Source of the DNA: Gracilimonas sp.
GTDB taxonomy: Bacteria; Bacteroidota; Rhodothermia; Balneolales; Balneolaceae
DNA: 64,000 nt
NCBI GenBank assembly: GCA_040904925.1
Contig: JBBDSP010000027.1
Location: 13,264 to 77,263 of the forward strand
Direction of reading: 5' to 3'
A program made the translations under genes and the position numbers. Under the pieces are notes generated by a model. It saw only the letters and a program-made list of their open reading frames with translations, searched no databases and was not told the origin of the DNA. Shown here piece after piece: positions 58,910 through 64,000 of the stretch. The stretch's first letter is position 1; each line of letters begins with the position of its first letter.

Positions 58910-61900
58910 TATGATTCCTTAAGTTGGTTAAGTATTGGGACGACAATATTTAAGAATGTACCCTTATTTGGTTTGCTGTCAAATTCAAATGTACCTCCTA
59001 ATGCCCCGGCTCTGGTTTTTATGGTTTGTAAGCCTAATCCCGCTTTAAAATCTTTAAACTCTGTATCAAAGCCTTTGCCATTATCATCAATTGTAAGTAT
59101 CAAATCAAGTTCATCTTTAATGAGCTGCACATTGATCGTGGAAGCCTCAGAATATTTTACAGCATTTGAGAGCCCTTCCTGGGCAATACGATATAGATTG
59201 AACTGTACTTCTCTGGGTAGATCAAGATCCTTTATGTTTTGGTAATAAGTTATCTTTATATCTGAACCGATTTTGTAATTATCAACAAGAGATTCTATGG
59301 CAAGTGCCAGCCCATAATCATCCACTACTCGAGGGAGAAGATTCCGAGAGATCTGTCCGGTTTCAGAAACAGCGTGTTTAAGCAGCGTTAATCCTTTTTG
59401 GAATTGTTGCTGTTTACGATCACTTAAACAATCAATTTCGCTGCTTGCGGCATCCAGATTCATATTTGCAGCGGCAAGATACTGCCCAAGCCCGTCGTGC
59501 AATTCCTGGGCTATTCGGGCACGTTCTTTGTTTTCTCCTTCAACTAATGAAGCAAGAACCATTTCCTCAGCTTTTTTCTGCTCAGTCATATCATTGATCA
59601 GTACCAATCGGTATGGATTACCAAAATAATTAATACTTGATCCGGTGACCTTTACATAAATGATTTCACCGGATTTTTTTAGATGCCTCGCCTCTTTAGA
59701 AGTAGTAAATTTTTCACCTTTGTCTTCTGAAACAATCTTTTTGAGTTCATCCCAATCTTCTTTCGGCCTGATATCAAGCAGGGTCATGGAGTAAAATTCT
59801 TTACGGCTATATCCATAATGACTGACCGCAGCATTATTGACCTCAATAAATTTCAGAGAATCAGGGTCATAAATGATCATGGGTTCCGGGCTCTTTTGGA
59901 ATAAGAGCCTGTAATTATGTTCAGACTCCGCTAATCGCTTTTCAGCTTTTGCCTGAGCAGTGACATCAACCACCGTAGAGATCATCAGGTTTTGGTCATA
60001 CAAAGGGATGTTTTTGGTATCTATGATCTTTTCTTCTCCCTTTTGGGTAACCACTTTAATGCCATTCCAGCTCATCCGTTCAGGATCTTTTGAATTAATG
60101 TCGGCCATGATCATTTCAACCATGCGGTTTCGGTAGGCCTCATCAGGGTAGATTTTTTCATAAAAGGTATTTACATCTTTAATAATTTCTTGTGGCCACC
60201 CATAGATATCGGAGAATTTCTTATTCATAAGCGTGGCTTCTCCCGAATCCATCAGGTTCACGGCAACACCAATAGGAATATTTTCGAGCGTGGTTTCTAT
60301 AAAGTCATTTCGTTGTTTTAATTGTATCTGGAACTCTTCCAGCTCAGTTAGATCCTGTATGGAGCCACTTATATAAAGCGGCTCACCATGTTCATCATAC
60401 TCGGTTTTTGCGAGTTCATGGTAGTATCCAACTTCTCCGGTGTTTGGTTTGATGAGACGATATCGAATATTCAGGCTTCCGGATTCAAGAGCATTTTTAA
60501 AAGCAGTGTCAAATTCTTCCCGGTCATCGGGATGGATCATTTCCAGCAGCGATTCATAGCTGGTATCAATATCACCGGGCGTAAGGCCAATTATATCATA
60601 AAAGCCCTGAGACCAAATGGCTTCATCTGTTTGCACATTTCTCCACCAATGGCCGGTTCGAGCTATTCTTTCCGCATTTCGATATCTATCGGTTAATTCC
60701 TGAAGTTCTCTTTCGTGCTCTTTTTTATCGGTGATGTCTCTAACTACGCTTACTATCTTCTCAATGTCACCGGCATCATTTTTTACAAGAGTTACCGTAT
60801 GGTCAGAATAAAAAGTGGTTCCGTCTTTTCTTTTCATCACGAATTCTGTTTGGAAGACATCTTTACTTTCCAAGACGTCTTCACTTTTTTCTCCAAACTC
60901 TTTGTAATTAGACTCATCAACGTGCAGCATCTTAGTAGAACGGCCGATAAGTTCATCTTCAGAATAACCAAAAAGATCGTAAGTGATTGGATTGCATGAT
61001 GCAATAGTGCGGGATGGATGATCAAGGATAATCACACTTTCATAGAGGCTTTCAAAAGTTTTCTTAAGTAGTTCTCTGGATTCTCGAATTTCTTCCTGAG
61101 ATTTTTTCATTTCCGTGATATCCTGAACCGTACCGCTAATTTTGACAGGATCTCCATCACTGTCGAAATCAACTTGCCCGAGTTCATGGATATGAGCCAT
61201 TTCTTCACTCTTCTGCTTTATAATCCGGTAGTTAGTGTCAATGGAGCCGGTTTCCATAGCATTTTCAATAGCCTCAATAAATGCATCCCAGTCTTCGGGG
61301 TGAATAATCTCTTTTAATTTTTTGAAGTTTAGCTCTTCTTTGTCCCGGTCAACTTCAAGAATCCTGTAAAACCCATCCGAAATTATAGTCTCATCTGTTT
61401 TCAGGTCTCGTTTCCAATTCCCAAGCTGGGCAAGTTTTTCAGCATTTTTATATCGGGAGGTAAGCTCCTGAAGCTCCCGTTCCTTTTGTTTTAACTCGGT
61501 AGTGTCAATGCCTATACCGATAGTTAGATCATCCGTAACTTTTATATTAGTCCAGGTAGTGAATATTTCACCCCGGTCTTTGGTCATGATTTTAAAATCA
61601 TGCCAATTTCCATGCGCATATGACATATGTTTTTCAGCCTTTTTCCGGGCTTTCTTGTTGGGAAGCATTTTCCCCATCAAGTTAATCTCTTTGGCCTCTT
61701 CATTTGTAAAACCAACAACCTCTTCAAAGTATTTATTTACGCGGTAAACATTGCCGGTTTTATCATGAAGGTTAACCAGAACCGGTATGTTATCATAGAT
61801 CTTTTGCAGTTCAAGCCGGTCTTCTTCATGCTCTTTTTCCAACCGTCTTTGTTCAGTAATGTCTAAACCAATGCCAATGGTGGTATTATCTGAAAGACGG

Positions 61901-62808
61901 ATGTTAGACCATGACTGTATTCTTTTTTTACCTTGCTTATCGGTTACCTCCAGTTCGTGCCATTCTCCATCCGTCTCATTCATTATTTGGAGGACTTCTT
62001 CCCGAATCTCAGGGTCAGGATAACAGGCTTTCATTAAATCTATCTCTTTGATTTCTTCATTCGACCATCCCAAATATTTTTCAAAATATTTGTTGACCCT
62101 GATTTCATTGATTTCCGGATCATAGATATCAACTATCACAGGAATATTCTCAAAGATGCTTTCAAACAGCTCTTTTTCATGTTGGTAGGCTTCTTCAAGT
62201 TTCTTTTGTTCCGTGATATCAGCAACTACTCCTGCTAATTGAATTGGTTCATCCTCCTCAAAAACTAAATTACCACGGCTTTCCAACCACCTGATATCGT
62301 TGTCAGAATTGATGATCCGAAATTTTACGTGATATAAAGGAGCCTCTTTCTCGATAGTTTTCTCAAGGGCTTCTTTCACTCGTGTTCTGTCTTCAGGGTG
62401 AATTCGATCGTAAAAATCATCAATTGACCACCGCCGGGGCCGTTTACTATAACCGAATACCTTGTAATGATACTCGGAGCGACGAATGTTTTTGGAGCCA
62501 ATATCAATACTCCAGGTGGCCATTCCGGCGGCATAAAGGGCGTTATCGATCCGGTCCTTTTTGGCGTAAGTCTTTTCATTACTTTTGGTAACCAGGATGT
62601 ACAGTAAGAGTCCGGTCAGCAAAACGTAAAAAATTCCCTTATAGGTTTGGTACTGAGAAATAAGCTGTGGATCATCTGTTATCCAAACAAGAAACTGATC
62701 CGATAGCAATATCCATAGAAGGGCAGTAACTAGATAAATCAGGGTAATGGAAAGCGCATTAAGCTCTAATAATCGCGGTAACCTTTTCATAGAATAATAG
62801 CCAGTCAT
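58909..62808 (-). CDS. Membrane-anchored multi-PAS HisKA_3 sensor kinase
   Basis: N-terminal WILLSD..QTYKG TM unit, roughly eight or nine PAS/PAC units, ERARIAQELHDGLGQ, QEGLSNAVKY, DDNGKGF, GLGL; coupled to the regulator by TAATG; start 62808 or 62790. Confidence 0.93.
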   Translation of the reverse strand: MTGYYSMKRLPRLLELNALSITLIYLVTALLWILLSDQFLVWITDDPQLISQYQTYKGIFYVLLTGLLLYILVTKSNEKTYAKKDRIDNALYAAGMATWSIDIGSKNIRRSEYHYKVFGYSKRPRRWSIDDFYDRIHPEDRTRVKEALEKTIEKEAPLYHVKFRIINSDNDIRWLESRGNLVFEEDEPIQLAGVVADITEQKKLEEAYQHEKELFESIFENIPVIVDIYDPEINEIRVNKYFEKYLGWSNEEIKEIDLMKACYPDPEIREEVLQIMNETDGEWHELEVTDKQGKKRIQSWSNIRLSDNTTIGIGLDITEQRRLEKEHEEDRLELQKIYDNIPVLVNLHDKTGNVYRVNKYFEEVVGFTNEEAKEINLMGKMLPNKKARKKAEKHMSYAHGNWHDFKIMTKDRGEIFTTWTNIKVTDDLTIGIGIDTTELKQKERELQELTSRYKNAEKLAQLGNWKRDLKTDETIISDGFYRILEVDRDKEELNFKKLKEIIHPEDWDAFIEAIENAMETGSIDTNYRIIKQKSEEMAHIHELGQVDFDSDGDPVKISGTVQDITEMKKSQEEIRESRELLKKTFESLYESVIILDHPSRTIASCNPITYDLFGYSEDELIGRSTKMLHVDESNYKEFGEKSEDVLESKDVFQTEFVMKRKDGTTFYSDHTVTLVKNDAGDIEKIVSVVRDITDKKEHERELQELTDRYRNAERIARTGHWWRNVQTDEAIWSQGFYDIIGLTPGDIDTSYESLLEMIHPDDREEFDTAFKNALESGSLNIRYRLIKPNTGEVGYYHELAKTEYDEHGEPLYISGSIQDLTELEEFQIQLKQRNDFIETTLENIPIGVAVNLMDSGEATLMNKKFSDIYGWPQEIIKDVNTFYEKIYPDEAYRNRMVEMIMADINSKDPERMSWNGIKVVTQKGEEKIIDTKNIPLYDQNLMISTVVDVTAQAKAEKRLAESEHNYRLLFQKSPEPMIIYDPDSLKFIEVNNAAVSHYGYSRKEFYSMTLLDIRPKEDWDELKKIVSEDKGEKFTTSKEARHLKKSGEIIYVKVTGSSINYFGNPYRLVLINDMTEQKKAEEMVLASLVEGENKERARIAQELHDGLGQYLAAANMNLDAASSEIDCLSDRKQQQFQKGLTLLKHAVSETGQISRNLLPRVVDDYGLALAIESLVDNYKIGSDIKITYYQNIKDLDLPREVQFNLYRIAQEGLSNAVKYSEASTINVQLIKDELDLILTIDDNGKGFDTEFKDFKAGLGLQTIKTRAGALGGTFEFDSKPNKGTFLNIVVPILNQLKES

Positions 62809-63048
62809 ATATTTATATATACCGATAACTAACTGTTTTCTTCTCAAAACAACAAGCAATAAAAAACCACCCCCACCTAAATAAGTAGATGAGGGTGGTT
62901 GTATTAGTACCCGCGAAAAACCCAAAATCACTCTCTTAACCACTTAGTTAGAGCGATCCCAAAGCAATTCCTTACAGATTAATTTGAAAAAATATTTCTA
63001 CTTAAAAAGTACTTTCAGGAGTGTTTAAAAGTGATTATTGCTAAAATT

Positions 63049-63058
63049 GGGGGGGGGG
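63049..63058. repeat. G10 homopolymer upstream of the kinase operon
   Basis: aaaatt-GGGGGGGGGG-agag. Confidence 0.8.
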
Positions 63059-63143
63059 AGAGTAGATTAGAAAATAGAAGAGAGTGTACTTTTGTGTGCG
63101 AAATAAAAAAAGCCGCCATTTGTCTGGCAGCTTTTAATAAAAG

Positions 63144-63217
63144 TACACCCGGGGGGATTCGAACCTCCAACCGCCTGATTCGTAGTCAGGTACTCTATCC
63201 AGTTGAGCTACGGGTGC
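63144..63217 (-). tRNA. tRNA-Arg(ACG)
   Basis: Reverse complement GCACCCGTAGCTCAACTGGATAGAGTACCTGACTACGAATCAGGCGGTTGGAGGTTCGAATCCCCCCGGGTGTA; anticodon ACG. Confidence 0.97.
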
Positions 63218-63421
63218 AAATAATTGAGAGCATCAAAGATAAGAATATCATTACTGCAGGGCAATTATTTTAAGGAACAAAAAACTGGGGCAAATGGGAT
63301 AGGGCTTTGCCTTATTTATATAGGAGGAAAATTTCCTGTTTTTGAAACTTTATAGAGGGTGTTGCTTATAGGGGAAAGTTTCAATAAATCTAACCATAAC
63401 TTTAATTCTAAAGATTTTGCT

Positions 63422-64000
63422 ATGAAGAACATATTAATGATAGCCGGACTTTTACTATTGCTACCCGGATTGGGGTACGCACAAAATGGAGAGGACGATG
63501 CTGAAAAAGAAGATAAATTTGCTGAGCTGACCAGAGATGCTGAGCATCTGGAGGGGTTTCTTGATCTGTATAGAACCGAGGATAAATTATACATGGCTGT
63601 TAGCAAAGAAGATCTGAACAAAGAATTTCTAATGAATTTTGAAATTGCTCAGGGTATAGGTTCCTCCGGATTATATGGCGGTACGATGCTGAATATTTTT
63701 GAAGGATTGCTGGTTCGCCTTGAAAAGAGAGAGGGGAAGATCTTTTTGGTTCAGCTACCCCATCGGTACAAAGCTGAAGAAGGAACACCTGAAGCGAAAG
63801 CCGTTGAACTTACCTATGGAAATTCCGTTTTGGAAACGGCCGGTATTGAGGCCACAAGTGAAGACAGCGTGCTGCTGCTGGATGTGTATGGATGGTTTGT
63901 AGGTGATCTCTCTAATATAAGTCAGCGGGTACAGGGAGCGGTTTCTTCAACACCGGGGCAACCGGGCCGGGCTTCTCTAGACAAGGCGAAAAGTTATGTG
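63422..64000 (+). CDS. Secreted protein, N-terminus of a probable zinc-dependent metalloprotease (DUF5118/DUF5117-type); truncated by the window edge
   Basis: ATG at 63422: MKNILMIAGLLLLLPGLGYAQ...EGFLDLYRTEDKLYMAV...KEFLM..., open to the end of the window; HExxH not in the window. Confidence 0.7.
   Translation, partial: MKNILMIAGLLLLLPGLGYAQNGEDDAEKEDKFAELTRDAEHLEGFLDLYRTEDKLYMAVSKEDLNKEFLMNFEIAQGIGSSGLYGGTMLNIFEGLLVRLEKREGKIFLVQLPHRYKAEEGTPEAKAVELTYGNSVLETAGIEATSEDSVLLLDVYGWFVGDLSNISQRVQGAVSSTPGQPGRASLDKAKSYV

Noticed and set aside
62809-62943. N-terminal extension MVKRVILGFS... of the large kinase ORF
   Set aside because: It starts at GTG, does not look like coding sequence and overlaps probable promoter DNA. 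ATG at 62808 or 62790 directly precedes the TM segment.
63144-63217. tRNA-Arg or tRNA-Pro as the attachment site of a genomic island
   Set aside because: There is no integrase, and I found no duplicated tRNA 3' end within the window.
1569-63902. Many short ORFs in the supplied track overlapping longer genes (e.g. 2029-2247, 4452-4805, 26329-26781, 42534-42965, 58637-59245)
   Set aside because: They are antisense or alternate-frame shadows of well-supported CDSs and show no recognisable motifs.

Overview
Chromosomal window from an AT-rich heterotroph of the FCB group. Gene content and acidic secreted proteins suggest Balneolota (Gracilimonas/Balneola-like); this is inference, not a database match. 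Both ends cut through CDSs. Housekeeping content: SCO and PCu(A)C copper chaperones, M14 peptidase, tRNA-Pro(GGG), mce, PolX-PHP, YraN, aspartate aminotransferase-coaD-rsmD, MATE, YihY, SixA, Dps-CsbD-MscS, DUF349, a TonB-dependent receptor, NPP phosphodiesterase, ferredoxin, folP-dacA, the methylmalonyl-CoA mutase operon with meaB, acyl-CoA dehydrogenase, sufE and tRNA-Arg(ACG). Accessory content: an ArsS-type arsenosugar cluster, a RAYT transposase between duplicated REP doublets, and a ~15 kb PAS/two-component cluster. Most notable observations: (1) a direct-repeat-flanked islet whose subtilase lipoprotein is frameshifted in a G11 tract (candidate phase variation, or a homopolymer error); (2) three short elements sharing one outer inverted repeat around different palindromic cargo; (3) 7-nt-periodic hairpins placed just after stop codons, with one heptad run inside a coding region; (4) a signalling cluster with a degenerate kinase, a pseudo-receiver and repeated 7-2-7 boxes; (5) a four-repeat His/Met-containing lipoprotein next to the copper chaperones. 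No CRISPR array, rRNA or integrase was seen.
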